DNA from: Veleropilina oligotropha
Lineage: Eukaryota
NCBI GenBank assembly: GCA_048128005.1
Contig: JBEUKZ010000094.1
Coordinates: 62,001 to 104,754 of the forward strand
Direction of reading: 5' to 3'
DNA: 42,754 nucleotides
The stretch's first letter is position 1. Each line of letters begins with the position of its first letter. Position numbers and translations under genes: made by a program. Below the pieces are notes generated by a model. It was not told where the DNA came from and made no database searches. It worked only from the letters and a program-made list of their open reading frames with translations. This document shows positions 24,601 to 34,168 of the stretch, in pieces.

Positions 24601-25349
24601 CAGGCGACCTAATCCTCACCAGCCGTCAGAAGGTCCGCGAACGGGCTCAACAGCTGTTGCTCCAGAGGCACAAGGAGCACTTCCCAGACTCCCCGGTACC
24701 TATCCTTTATCACCCCAGGGACACCCGTAAGCAAAATATCATGGTAACCATTCCGGGCACCGATGAAAGAGAGGAGCTAGTTCTCAACGACGTCGTTGAG
24801 GTCACGATTGAGGCCGCTGAGCAGGCTATCCTGACCCCGGATTGGCGCCTGGGCTATGCTCTCACCATCCATTCGAGCCAGGGTCTTACCATTCACGACC
24901 CACAGAAAGTCTGGATCATCGACGACTACCTTCAGTGGAGTAATCTCGCCTACCTAGCCGTGTCCCGGGTGGAGTATCTGCATCAGCTCGAGCGGGTAAC
25001 CTGTCCTCCAGATGAGGGTTCTGAGGACAGGCCGCCCCAAGCGCAGCAGAGCAAGCAGCAGCTCCGAAAAACCATCCAGAGGAAGCTCGTGGCATACATG
25101 CGCCAGGACCAGGCAAAGGGACTCCCGGGGTTTAACCTCAAGGTCGACGACATCATGCGGCTCAGAGAGGCCCAAAACAACCGATGCGCAGCATGTAACA
25201 TAGAGCTGCTCTGGGCCTACCAGCCCAAAGACACACAGCAGTTCAGTGTCGACCGTGTGGACAACCGCAGGGGCCACATCCGCGACAACGTGCGCTTAAC
25301 GTGCCTTGAATGTAACCGAAAAAGAGGATTTGCGGTTGTTAACGCCTGA
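21678..25349 (+). CDS. Replication polyprotein: putative vOTU + PolB core + SF1 (RecD/Pif1-like) helicase + HNH endonuclease, 1223 aa
   Basis: PolB motifs: HGG, IDMKACYP (A), IIGKF (B), VATDSIY (C). Helicase motifs: GGGGCGKTT, IIWDE, GDQGQPPP, TIHSSQGLT, YLAVSR. HNH: CAAC...SVDRVDNRRGHIRDNVRLTCLECN. DLNC/GHAW pair in the N-terminal part. Confidence 0.9.
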   Translation: MSTMDDYIDQLLADMQASETLRDVVQNILDEPIPEDVKERLLKPLVPSKDPQTERKRKAIVEEFDPIPLSKKPRTAQDYQNDLLGLFTTTEGQRFIDLDDQVPPPVRLPAKEPWVELLSDAKDEFEVDGAAAAFSTWRIEVAGRLALDARMTDARAAQLLTALPKGEFLLRIKFLREWGEGDWVVEDKFDPVKAARKKGQGVVEISQDTKPGAITGVDKAYYENAYPVTAVVYGLYPLREPNPANLVPMKNGDLNCVAQRVVEHFEGALRGNGLTPIRRQKIQEWEARVHVTGATVDDISILEKILKRAIIVRDIAGADIYNSGKYRGQGNHTFRQVELICHNGHAWSKDLHFPQSREVNIYEGDVWEAIRQATRNEPLAVWLLGGTDRQLNVNQFVLQDGRTYRTKEAHERLQEACKALGDESLADRAFGENHAASIMAKENNGWRPTPAGLLDDIQKACVEHGHGGLWNSMNYDTGDVCCIDMKACYPASFLGKGEAKPYFERFGHPTHSMTRVAINGPLPREIGTGFAEVVEWEFAQDIHPVIPAWFGKHFAENGWAPTPLLAFLTESGLLKSLKIREAIIAFRKQTDVWLPENRDQGCRIIGKFTQGAKADGKRLTRRLVIDQGELDFLVRDTRQSGTLVGAPQRCPMGHILTYYDGSQPQYAHLRASMLAYAHISLLSMLQRFTPEEAVRVATDSIYLKKASLEKLDDVTVYVAPQLCDCGDKSCISCLIGETYLPPVAPAQWRDKGEQLYLPQEHAAYLPKPEYCCAANSSQPSTAPCYNDTLTHHRLSYLNGGGGCGKTTRAIELFRARNPIVFTPTHRLAKEMRTRGVKAQTYHSFFRWSGQTDWTPDRMGQKFIPRVIIWDEVCTVPRPILEMFLDWLGHHEVQVICCGDQGQPPPITGEMPHDWLRQTADYYEEIEVDYRAKDDPALQALKRRIRLQPDKIQCGEMRKSLPSCLGWDRFVNTWRPGDLILTSRQKVRERAQQLLLQRHKEHFPDSPVPILYHPRDTRKQNIMVTIPGTDEREELVLNDVVEVTIEAAEQAILTPDWRLGYALTIHSSQGLTIHDPQKVWIIDDYLQWSNLAYLAVSRVEYLHQLERVTCPPDEGSEDRPPQAQQSKQQLRKTIQRKLVAYMRQDQAKGLPGFNLKVDDIMRLREAQNNRCAACNIELLWAYQPKDTQQFSVDRVDNRRGHIRDNVRLTCLECNRKRGFAVVNA

Positions 25350-26337
25350 GAACCGGCGGCAGTTGGGTGTCACGAGGCACCACGAGAAGTTCCTCACGAA
25401 CGAACCCACGCGGTGGTCCATCAAGCAAGTAGTAGAGCACAGGCTCGTCAGGTTTAGTGACAGAGCGTCCAAGCCTGTGCACTTTTAGAGACCACACCGG
25501 GTCAGTCGCTCGCCGGCGACCACCCTCCAACTCACCGGGTTGGTATAGGTATCGAACATCTACGTCAGAGGGGAGTTTCTGTTCCTTCCCCTGTCGGCCT
25601 GGAACAGTGGAAGAAGGATTTTGTGCAACGCGAGGTGCCTTGATGGCGTCCTTGGGCTTTTTACCGGTCAGCCTGGTCACTTCCCCATTCAACGCCGCAA
25701 CAACGGCGGGCAGCCTGGCGACCCACTCAGTTGACCTTTGACCCTCTTTCGCAGACCCTGTAAAACTCATCTCTGTTGCATACTGGTGCCCGAAGAGCCG
25801 CTCAGCGAGCGTCCGGTTGAAGCGCTCCACGATCCCTTGATCGCGATGGAGATCCACACGGCCACGCCTAACCTCGACATTATTATTTGCCAGCAGCTGG
25901 GAGACCGTCCCCATGAACTCTCGCCCTGGATCAACCTGAAGCAATTTCGGCCAGCTAAGAGGACTCCGCCTGTAGATTCGAGACAGAGCTTCAGCAACCC
26001 CTTTGGCCTCTTTTGTGGCCAGAGGCTCAGCTTCTTTAAAGCGACTGGCCACATCAACCACAGTCAAAGCGTACTTATAGGTTTTACGGCCGACCTTGTC
26101 ATGGGGGAGAAACAGGAGGTCGGCTTGGTGAACCTCGTTTGGCGTTACGACGTCGAATTTTGGTCTTGGAATCCGCCGTGGCGCAGGTAAATAGATCTGC
26201 CATATAGCCTGCCTCTTAAGCCATGTCCGGGCCTCCATTTCAGACGCCTTGGCAGCCTCCGCTAGTTTCTTGATGGCTGCAATGCCTTTCCAGTAGCCCT
26301 TAGGGCTGTAGTACATCCTCGCAAGCTTACTATCCAT
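25339..26337 (-). CDS. Retroviral-type (rve, DDE) integrase
   Basis: HQADL, VVDVASRF, LQVDPGREF and QGIVERFNRTL give an intact D-D-E triad. The N-terminal YYSPKGYW is Polinton-like. ATG at 26337. Confidence 0.93.
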   Translation of the reverse strand: MDSKLARMYYSPKGYWKGIAAIKKLAEAAKASEMEARTWLKRQAIWQIYLPAPRRIPRPKFDVVTPNEVHQADLLFLPHDKVGRKTYKYALTVVDVASRFKEAEPLATKEAKGVAEALSRIYRRSPLSWPKLLQVDPGREFMGTVSQLLANNNVEVRRGRVDLHRDQGIVERFNRTLAERLFGHQYATEMSFTGSAKEGQRSTEWVARLPAVVAALNGEVTRLTGKKPKDAIKAPRVAQNPSSTVPGRQGKEQKLPSDVDVRYLYQPGELEGGRRRATDPVWSLKVHRLGRSVTKPDEPVLYYLLDGPPRGFVREELLVVPRDTQLPPVLRR

Positions 26338-26560
26338 CAGCAATGTATTCCAGTAAACTGATCAGTCTCCAACAGGCTTCAGCTTCCGGAGCCGGTCGCT
26401 GCGCAGTCGTCGCCCGAAGGTTGGTCGGGCCCGAGAGCACCAGGACTGCGAACCGCACCATAGTCTTTTCGTCGCGGCGCCAGCAGTCGAGTGACGTAGT
26501 ACTAAGGCCCACCCCGCTGACCGCAAGCATGGCGCAGTACAGCTCTTCTGGGAGCCCCAT
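26330..26560 (-). CDS. Small hypothetical protein
   Basis: Fills the gap in a tightly packed co-directional gene run; no motif recognised. Confidence 0.35.
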   Translation of the reverse strand: MGLPEELYCAMLAVSGVGLSTTSLDCWRRDEKTMVRFAVLVLSGPTNLRATTAQRPAPEAEACWRLISLLEYIADG

Positions 26561-26601
26561 TACTATACATGCCCACGAAAAAAAATGTCCACTGGAAATA
26601 A

Positions 26602-27030
26602 TTAGGCGAGCTTGTAGGCTACCAACCCGGTCGCAGCCATCCCCAGGATGATGAAGGTGATCTCACGTCCCTTCTGGCCATCACTAGGCGTGTAGTAGTC
26701 AGACAGGGCGGGCTCAGGGCCACCCCCCAGGCCGGGGTCAAGGTTCTTGCCGGTGATCAATGCATACTCACGGATCGCGGCGTCAACATCCCGGAATGTG
26801 CCAACAGCGTGACCCTGGCGGCGAAGTTCAACGTTCAGCCAATCGAGACGCTCTGCCCGCTTCTGGGACCATTTAGTCTGAGCAGCGTTGAGCTGTTCTA
26901 CGGCTTTGTCGTGGCGTTTACGCTCCTCGTCGACACCGGAGCTGCGTAGCTTCGAGAAGAGGAAGTTGGACCCGCTGAAGGCGAGGGCGTTGACGAGAGC
27001 GCCCCCAACCAGCATTGCAATGGAAGCCAT
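26602..27030 (-). CDS. Hypothetical protein with hydrophobic N- and C-termini and a central coiled coil
   Basis: MASIAMLVGGALVNALAFSGSNFLFS..., charged helical middle, C-terminal ITFIILGMAATGLVAY. Resembles small proteins of invertebrate Polinton-like elements. Confidence 0.75.
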   Translation of the reverse strand: MASIAMLVGGALVNALAFSGSNFLFSKLRSSGVDEERKRHDKAVEQLNAAQTKWSQKRAERLDWLNVELRRQGHAVGTFRDVDAAIREYALITGKNLDPGLGGGPEPALSDYYTPSDGQKGREITFIILGMAATGLVAYKLA

Positions 27031-27060
27031 TGAAATGCTGCGATTATCTAGCAGGTCCCA

Positions 27061-27300
27061 CTACTTCAAAATGTCGGCCGGTATGATGCCTTGCTTGATC
27101 AGCATGTCTTTCGTCGCCATGGCGAGCGCTACGTCGAGGACGACCATCCCAACATCGTAACCCGTGAAGTCCAGCTTGGGGCTCGCTCCCTTGAATACCA
27201 TCTTTGTCAGGCGTGCGTAGCCTATGGCGAGGCCTGACACTATAGCGGCGTGGTATACAGCGTTGCCGAGCATCTTTCCATCAGTGATTGGGGTAGTCAT
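27061..27300 (-). CDS. Small hydrophobic hypothetical protein (79 aa)
   Basis: ATG start, two amphipathic segments, packed co-directionally with its neighbours. Confidence 0.7.
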   Translation of the reverse strand: MTTPITDGKMLGNAVYHAAIVSGLAIGYARLTKMVFKGASPKLDFTGYDVGMVVLDVALAMATKDMLIKQGIIPADILK

Positions 27301-27329
27301 AACTGTTGATTAGTACTATTGATTTGCGA

Positions 27330-27821
27330 CTATTGCATATGAAAAGGGTTCTGCTTCTTCAATTCGATAGTGGGGGCGGCCCGAGGCTGCCTAGCGTCCG
27401 CGTCTGGTGGCTGTTGATGTGGTGTGGATGGACCAGGGTTGCTGCGTTCTGAGGACGTCTTCCAGACAACAAATACCAACGCAACCGTACCGGCAGCGAC
27501 GGCTACCTGGGTCCAATTAAATAGGTCCGATTTCCGTGTATCTGGCGCACGCGGTCTTTCTGCGGCTGGAACCGCCTCCCCGGGCTGTTCTGATGGAACG
27601 ACAACACTTGTTGGGGCACTCAGGTCTTCTTTCATTTTTCGAACCGCGGCCAGTAGCTTCTCCTGCTTGGCTTTTCGAGCAGCAGCGCCGGCCCTCCCTG
27701 CAGCCACTTTTTTCGGGTCCTTTTTACTCACTGATGAGTCCGTCGAAGAAGTCACCCTCTCTATCGGCTGGCTCTCGATCGGCTGGCTCTCGATCACTTG
27801 GTCCACTTCCAGCGTTGTCAT
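27330..27821 (-). CDS. Hypothetical basic protein with one TM segment
   Basis: KKDPKKVAAGRAGAAARKAK basic motif and TM VAVAAGTVALVFVVW. The start at 27821 is uncertain and overlaps the upstream ORF. Confidence 0.65.
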   Translation of the reverse strand: MTTLEVDQVIESQPIESQPIERVTSSTDSSVSKKDPKKVAAGRAGAAARKAKQEKLLAAVRKMKEDLSAPTSVVVPSEQPGEAVPAAERPRAPDTRKSDLFNWTQVAVAAGTVALVFVVWKTSSERSNPGPSTPHQQPPDADARQPRAAPTIELKKQNPFHMQ

Positions 27822-28491
27822 CTTGATCTCGCCCTCGCTCTGGTATCTTAGGCGGGCAAACATGTCCAAATTGGCAGTGCTTAGCCGTGGTCAACGCTGC
27901 GGTCAGCGGTGCGAGGTACATGCCATATTTATAATACAGCTCACAGCTTGCAGTGGTCAGGGCATGTGAGATGAACGGGTCGGCCTCCAGGTCGGCGATC
28001 AGTCGTAGCTGGTTTGCTGGTGGAATGGGCAGGAACATCCCAGCTGCCCCCGCGTAGAGATGAATAGCTGAAGTCCCCAGAGTCTTCGTCACATCGGCAC
28101 CGAGTTTCGCTTCATACCTCGCGTGGTGCTTTTCGACCTCGTCGTCAGTCATGTCGTCTATCCGGTCCACTGTGAGGTTACGCCCCATGTATCGGTGGGC
28201 CTGTCCTCCAACGGCTAAGGCTGCAAGCCTCTCACGCTTTGCCGCGCAAACGGAACTTGCGACTCCACTGTTACTGACAGGTTCCTTGCCATCGGGAGTC
28301 AAGCGACAGCTGTTGATGGTCGTTTCTTGTTCGTCATCCATGAGTTGATCGATGAGGCTGTCCATCCTGAAGCGTTTCCAGCATCGCCTCACCGGTCTAA
28401 TATAACTGTAAATCCAATACCACAATGTAGCGAGTAGGAGCAAGATCAGGCTCTGGCTGAAAGCAAAAGCTAGATATACAGCGTCCGACAT
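27724..28491 (-). CDS. Hypothetical protein (start 28491 or 28365)
   Basis: Long ORF in the minus-strand block with an N-terminal TM-like stretch and a helical core ending YGMYLAPLTAALTTAKHC. Confidence 0.65.
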   Translation of the reverse strand: MSDAVYLAFAFSQSLILLLLATLWYWIYSYIRPVRRCWKRFRMDSLIDQLMDDEQETTINSCRLTPDGKEPVSNSGVASSVCAAKRERLAALAVGGQAHRYMGRNLTVDRIDDMTDDEVEKHHARYEAKLGADVTKTLGTSAIHLYAGAAGMFLPIPPANQLRLIADLEADPFISHALTTASCELYYKYGMYLAPLTAALTTAKHCQFGHVCPPKIPERGRDQDDNAGSGPSDREPADREPADREGDFFDGLISE

Positions 28492-28532
28492 GCGAGAGCT
28501 TGCTGGGCAGCTACTTAGCATCTGCTGGGTAG

Positions 28533-29164
28533 CTATAGCACACTATAAGCAACGGGCTGATCAGTTTTCAACAGAAGCTTAGCGTGTCGTGTCTCGGCCA
28601 ACAGCCGGCGAACCTCGGTCCGTTCATCCTGCGACGGGATTACATCGTTCTCGCGCAGACAGTCCTCGAAACTGTCGCGGTCCTTGCAATGGAACAGCGC
28701 GACCCAGCGGGTCTGCTCTCTGAGCTCCTTCAAGACCGAGTTGTACTTTTGCGTCACTACCCATACGCTCTGTTCGGCATGCCTGCCGCTGAAGGCCAAC
28801 AAAGTCAGCATGTCCCGTTTTTTTGCCATAGCTTTGCTGGCGGCGCAGTCGTCGATTATGTACAGAGTCGACTCCCCCTGAAACAGCCGGTAGAACCCCC
28901 GCAGCCAGTCATGGAGTCGCTCACCCGGGGGATCAAATACACCTCAGGGTCGGTCCAGATCCACGGACAAGACTGGTATGCTTTGTTGTACTTGATCGTG
29001 GGGCAGAGGACCACGATATGCCGGAAGACGCCTCGATACTCCCCCTCCAGCAGTTCAAGCATGAAAACCGTCTTACCACAACCGGTCTGGCCGCAGATGA
29101 TTGCGGAGTGGGGGTCCTTGGTGTGCGGAAATCGTTTAGTACAGTGCTTCGACGAATCGGCCAT
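28533..29164 (-). pseudogene. A32/FtsK-like genome-packaging ATPase, split by a frameshift near 28925-28931
   Basis: Walker A GQTGCGKT is in ORF 28856-29164. Walker B LYIIDD, SGRH and VVTQKY are in the frame of ORF 28533-28829. Adding one base in the homopolymer rejoins them. Confidence 0.88.
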
Positions 29165-30437
29165 TCTCGATATTCAGCTGTGCGTCCATGATCACGAACT
29201 CGTAGACGTTCAGTGGACCGGCCGCTTCGGCTGTTTTAGTGATCTGAATAGTAATGCCTTCGCTGGCGTTCTCGACCCTCCGGCCTGACCCGTGCAACTG
29301 ATCGTCGTCAGTTACCCGCATATCGATCCAGAGCGCAAATTTCTTAGTCAGAAATTCGCCCAGGGTGACGTCTGCCATCTCCAAGTCCTTTGCGACCATC
29401 GCGACCTCAGGATGCCGCTTACTGCTGCCGGAGGCGAACATTTTCTTGGCTTCTTCCCAGATCTGGTATGTTCGCATGCCCTGGCTGTAGATTTGATTCG
29501 GGACACCCTCGATTGTGACCTCGACCTTTGTGATCTTCGGATTATAGAAGGCCTCAGTATCGCGAGAGAATGGCGCGGCGTCTCTCGCAGGGTCCTCGAA
29601 CAACAGTAGTATTCCTTTCATCGACCTCGCCGGTACGTTCACATTCATATTCCACAACGAGTCGCTCTTGTCTAGGGTGAGCTTCCGATGCCGGAGAACA
29701 CGGTCGTACAGGATTACGAGTTGACCCTGGTATTGATTTCGAATCCGTCTGGCAAGCTCGGATTGGGTTACCATGTCATATTCGAGGGATATATTGTCGA
29801 TGGAATAGCTGGAACCGGAGTCGTCCGTCTCCCGGATAGTCCGGGAGTAGTCGTTGAACGTTAGCTCATACTCGAGACGGTCTCCAAGGGCGCTTTGATA
29901 GAATGGCATGTGACTTTCCAACAGCTCGAAATCCAGCGGGATGCGGAATCGGTTACCGTACGCGGCCGCGACCGCGACATCCTCAGACAGTCTAAAGGCG
30001 TCTGCCGCACCAACACGATGCTTCGTAGTGTTGTGTCCATCGCTGGTATCAATCCCCTGGTACTGGGCGTTCTTGCGCTCCCCTGTGGTCTTCCAGAGAT
30101 CGCAGTAGCAGTGGTACACGTCGGAGTCGTCAATCGACATGATCTCGTTTCCACTTATCTTTATCGTGGTCTTTCTGATCACGGCACGGCCGATATTTTG
30201 CACTACAGTCCTATTCGCATTTACCGAGGTCAGAGAGATGGTAAATGCGAGGTGGGCAGTCCCTGGAACGATCACGTCATTCGCCCCGAGATTAGGGAAT
30301 CGAACCAGGAGCTGCTGGTTGGCGGAAATCGTTGATGGATTGTTTGTTATGGTCACCGACTGGCGAATACCCTTGACCGCGAGGGGCTCACGCAGTCTGC
30401 GGTATGGATTAAGCTTGCGTCCGTACACGCTAGTCAT
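29136..30437 (-). CDS. Probable double-jelly-roll major capsid protein (433 aa from ATG 30437)
   Basis: Size, beta-strand-type patterning (LLVRFP, LAFTISL, IKISGNEI, FRIPLDF, LEYELTF, ISLEYD, VEVTIEG) and position next to the packaging ATPase. Confidence 0.8.
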   Translation of the reverse strand: MTSVYGRKLNPYRRLREPLAVKGIRQSVTITNNPSTISANQQLLVRFPNLGANDVIVPGTAHLAFTISLTSVNANRTVVQNIGRAVIRKTTIKISGNEIMSIDDSDVYHCYCDLWKTTGERKNAQYQGIDTSDGHNTTKHRVGAADAFRLSEDVAVAAAYGNRFRIPLDFELLESHMPFYQSALGDRLEYELTFNDYSRTIRETDDSGSSYSIDNISLEYDMVTQSELARRIRNQYQGQLVILYDRVLRHRKLTLDKSDSLWNMNVNVPARSMKGILLLFEDPARDAAPFSRDTEAFYNPKITKVEVTIEGVPNQIYSQGMRTYQIWEEAKKMFASGSSKRHPEVAMVAKDLEMADVTLGEFLTKKFALWIDMRVTDDDQLHGSGRRVENASEGITIQITKTAEAAGPLNVYEFVIMDAQLNIENGRFVEALY

Positions 30438-30473
30438 GGCTGAATTAGATGCGTATCCCACTGATGTATTCAA

Positions 30474-31788
30474 ATGGCGGAATTCGAGAACCCCGCATTC
30501 GAGCCGGACGATCTCATCGACAACGATGATACCATCATCGACGATACTGATGTGGATCTATCCACCGACCGGTTTATGCCTGTTCTTTCGGAACGGCCAC
30601 AGGAAGGAACCAGCAGTCTTCAGCAAGAGCTCGTTCAGGGCGTAGTTGACGACTACTACAAAGCCCTGGCACAGGAGGGGCAGACCCCCGCGGCAGGGCG
30701 AGATTATTCAAAATTCAAGTATGTGAGGGGAAAATTAGGGAGGGGGGGGGAAATTGGTGATGACGGACTACCCCGACATCAATCTCATAAATTCTCGCAC
30801 CGGCAACCCCTTGGCGTTGTCAACAATAGCTGGCCGGCCTGGTGGGGGTGATGCAATCCGTGAAGGGTTGGGGTTTGTACACTGGACGCGGGGGGGACAA
30901 AAGCCGTCCTCAAAAGCGGTTGCAGCTCTTCAGACAGCCGACAACGAGTTGAGCGGTGCGGCCGCTAATGTCGAAAACGTAGAACTGCGGGACTTGGGGC
31001 AGACTGCTACTGATGCCTCGGTAGCAATCCACACGATGGAGACGAAATTCACTGATACCGAGGTTGAAGAGATCTTAGGCACAATGGGGGACCCTCCATT
31101 AAATCTTCGCGAGCTTCGCGGACTTGACAAGGCGATGCAGACCATCCGAGGCGAACTAACCAACAATCTAGCCAAACTAACGGCGCTGGACGAACACATA
31201 GAGCTAGAGAAGATGAAGCTCGATCAGGCAGATGAAGAGGGCGGTGTGGATGAGTTCATCCGTCGACGGATCGCGGAACGTCTGCGCGACCTGAATGATG
31301 AAAGAGCAGCTCGCCTAGAGGCAGCATCATCAAGCCGGGAGGCCCTTCGCTCTCAAATCAGCCGGATCCGAGAGATGATAAGTCGGATCCTGAACACCGA
31401 CACAACGCTGGCCGAGCGTATCCGGACCCTGTTCCGCGAGCAAGGGGTTACGATCGCAACAATACTGACCGCTATCGGGCTCGCCATCTCGACTTTGGTA
31501 CTAGCCCTGACAGGTGGAGCAACAAGCCCGCCAACGCCACCACCACCTCCCAGTGGTCAGGGGGGGGTCAAGGAGTGGGTCAAAAAGCAGCTGCAGAACT
31601 TGGGAAGGATTCTAGGCAAACTAGCAGGGAAGGCCGCAGCCGCGCTCCCAGGAATACTTGGAAGCCTGGTCTCCTGGCTAATCAACCTGATTGGCAAGAC
31701 AGCATCGTGGCTCGCTGAAAACCTATGGGCACTGGTCATATCAGTTGGGGGCTTGCTTCTTATTGCCGCTAGACAGTGGGTCACGTAA
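30474..31788 (+). pseudogene. Coiled-coil protein with C-terminal membrane helices; frameshift at the G-run near 30738-30750
   Basis: ORF 30474-30851 and ORF 30754-31788 overlap across a poly-G tract. Long heptad region followed by several hydrophobic segments. Confidence 0.7.
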
Positions 31789-33073
31789 GCCAAATGAACG
31801 CTAGGCCAACGACAATGCCGCCCACGATAAGTGCGGTTTTATCCTCGTCATGTTTGGTTGCCCCAGCTGAAACAGCTGCCACTGGGGCCACAGCCGGCAG
31901 AGAGCCACGATGCTTCGGAGTGACCGCATCTGCGGGTAAGACGGCGTCTTGTGGGATGACCAATCCTGTTTCTCCAGTCTCCCCAGTGGCGTTGAGCGGC
32001 ACAGGATTGGCCGCGTTCACCGTAGTATTAAGACCTAGGGTCTGGGCTTCCGTGGCAACGACGATCTCATTGTTATAACCAGCCACCTGCCCGATCCGAA
32101 GGAGCATGTCACTTGGCGCCATGTAAAGGCCGACGCCGAATACGAAGTCTACTTTAGACCTGGCATACTGCAAAACGTCCTGGTACCGTTGGATCGCAGC
32201 AGGGAGGTCAACGGGGGATGCGATGGCGTCTTCCACGTTCGCCAGGAACTGTTTCTGTGCGTCAAATGCCGTCCCACTACCCAGAATACTTGCACGCGTT
32301 TGAGCCTGCGCTCCAAGAATAGCCCAGACGTAGGTCCTGATGGAATCATTGAGCCTTTCCACGCCGGCCCTCGTGAATCCCACCGACCTGTCCAGAATAA
32401 AAGTAGCCCAACCGTTTTTAAGCGCAGGCGCTTGCGCGATGTAGTCCACGTGCAGATTCGTGTTGGTCGTACCTTTGGTGAAGGACATTCGGCTTGGATC
32501 ATACTCACGTCCGATGGGGTGGTAGCCGTTGTTCGTCCAGTAGCTGTAAGCGGTGCCTAGTCCGCCGTTGGGACCCTTGACACGCCAGTCGGTATGTGGG
32601 GACACTCCGAATTCGCTGCAGATCTTTTCATATGCCCTTCGGTCATACGGGGTGTCGAATGCATCCCACGTCCGGTCTTGTGGCAGCGGCGCCTGAATCT
32701 CGGTCAAGATCCTTCTGACCTGATAGTAGACGTGGAAGGTGAATACAGCAGTGGAGAGGGCTGCAGTAGCATTCAAGTGGTCTTCTGAGGAGATCCCGGA
32801 ACCTGTTGTGGCACACCATACTGCGAAGTTGACCTTGTTCTGCCAGAACCGCATCGGTGTGCTGTGCCAAGCCCTTATCAGCCCGTCACTAGCGACGTGA
32901 GGGAGGCGATACTATTGAAATACGTCGGGGTAGTCTGCCCCGAATGCAGTGGTTGAGCTATTACCCACATTGATGCTTGGTCTCGTAAGCTGCTCATCTT
33001 TGATCTTTGCTGGGTACACCACACCGGTCGGATAGGCCGCACTCCTATTGAACACAAATGCGCTCTTAGCCAT
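31781..33073 (-). pseudogene. Conserved-looking hypothetical protein with a C-terminal TM anchor; in-frame TAG at 32912-32914
   Basis: ATG 33073 (MAKSAFVFN...) is in frame with ORF 31781-32854, with a single stop at codon 54. C-terminal ALIVGGIVVGLAFIWLT. Confidence 0.72.
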
Positions 33074-33080
33074 AGCTACT

Positions 33081-33821
33081 ATGTTCCACACATTAACAAA
33101 CGTTCAAGAGGGGACCGCGGTTGCCCTCCTGGAGCCGATTGATAACCGGGACGGCAAGCTATGTGTCAGCTTGCAGTCGCTCGACTATTGGGTAGGCTGG
33201 CACAACGTGCATGCCGGAGCCTTCTTTAAGACCCCCGATACCACGGTCGACGTGGCACCAGGTTTCTACAGCTTCGATGACCTCGCCAAGACGATGAAGA
33301 GGTCGCTAGTTAACCTACAACTAGATGTAAGCCATGCTACAGGGCTCGCCCGAATCGTGGTCCCAGAGGGGACTCGACTCGCGATAAGCGACGATATACG
33401 AAAACTCCTCGGCTTAGACCTCTCTTCGTTTATTCTCGATAAAGCAGGGAATCTGAACCAACCGGTTCGGGGAGTACAGGGCCAACCACCTCCCCCTCCG
33501 GAGAGATCCGAGTGGCTACGCCCTGGGACTTATGACGGGAATAAGCCTGTCGGGTTTGCCATAGCGCCAACCCTACACGTTCACCTGGAGCAGCTCAGTA
33601 CAACGCACAATGTGAAGGACGGCGCCCCGAGCACTATTCTCGCGGTGGTCCCTATCACGTCGCAGATGTTCGGTGAAGCTGGCCACTATCATAGCTATCC
33701 CGCCGGCCGGCGACTACAGGCCGGGCTAATCACAGAGTTGAAGGTGTACGTCACAGACGCAGACAGTAACCCGATCGACAATCACGGCATGCCCATTACC
33801 GCAGTCCTTGCGATACAATGA
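33081..33821 (+). CDS. Probable minor capsid (penton, single jelly-roll) protein
   Basis: PGFYSFDDL, STILAVVPI and ITELKVYVTDADSNPIDNHGMPITAVLAI match the pattern of Polinton pentons; about 246 aa. Confidence 0.78.
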   Translation: MFHTLTNVQEGTAVALLEPIDNRDGKLCVSLQSLDYWVGWHNVHAGAFFKTPDTTVDVAPGFYSFDDLAKTMKRSLVNLQLDVSHATGLARIVVPEGTRLAISDDIRKLLGLDLSSFILDKAGNLNQPVRGVQGQPPPPPERSEWLRPGTYDGNKPVGFAIAPTLHVHLEQLSTTHNVKDGAPSTILAVVPITSQMFGEAGHYHSYPAGRRLQAGLITELKVYVTDADSNPIDNHGMPITAVLAIQ

Positions 33822-34168
33822 GCAGCATCTACGGGACCCTGCTTGCAGATGAGCCCTCTTCAGCGACCCAGTGGCACTTCGTTCTTAGTTGTGGGGAAGC
33901 GCCCAACAAGGGCCTGGCGAGGAGGGAGTTCATGATTCCAAACACTGGAGGTCGGTTTGGGTTGAATCCAGTCCTCCTAATGATCCACCTGACGCCGGTC
34001 CAGCCGGCCGGGGGGGCTCCCAAAGTGTGTTCCATAAATAAAATGGGCCTGGACTCGGACAAGTTGACCCTCGCCTTCACCGTCAAGGCCCCGTGGCTAG
34101 GCACCCTGTATTTGAACGTTACAGTAGACATTTTAAACAAACAGGCGGAACAATACAGCCACGTATGA
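33818..34168 (+). CDS. Hypothetical protein (116 aa, beta-rich)
   Basis: ATGA overlaps with both neighbouring genes. Confidence 0.65.
   Translation: MSSIYGTLLADEPSSATQWHFVLSCGEAPNKGLARREFMIPNTGGRFGLNPVLLMIHLTPVQPAGGAPKVCSINKMGLDSDKLTLAFTVKAPWLGTLYLNVTVDILNKQAEQYSHV

Noticed and set aside
21911..25277. Long antisense ORFs opposite the replicase (e.g. 23397-24491)
   Set aside because: Shadow frames of a GC-rich coding strand with no motifs.
21678..25349. Helitron RepHel interpretation of the SF1 helicase
   Set aside because: No HUH/Y2 Rep motifs are seen. PolB motifs are present, and the element has TIRs, a TSD, an integrase and capsid genes.
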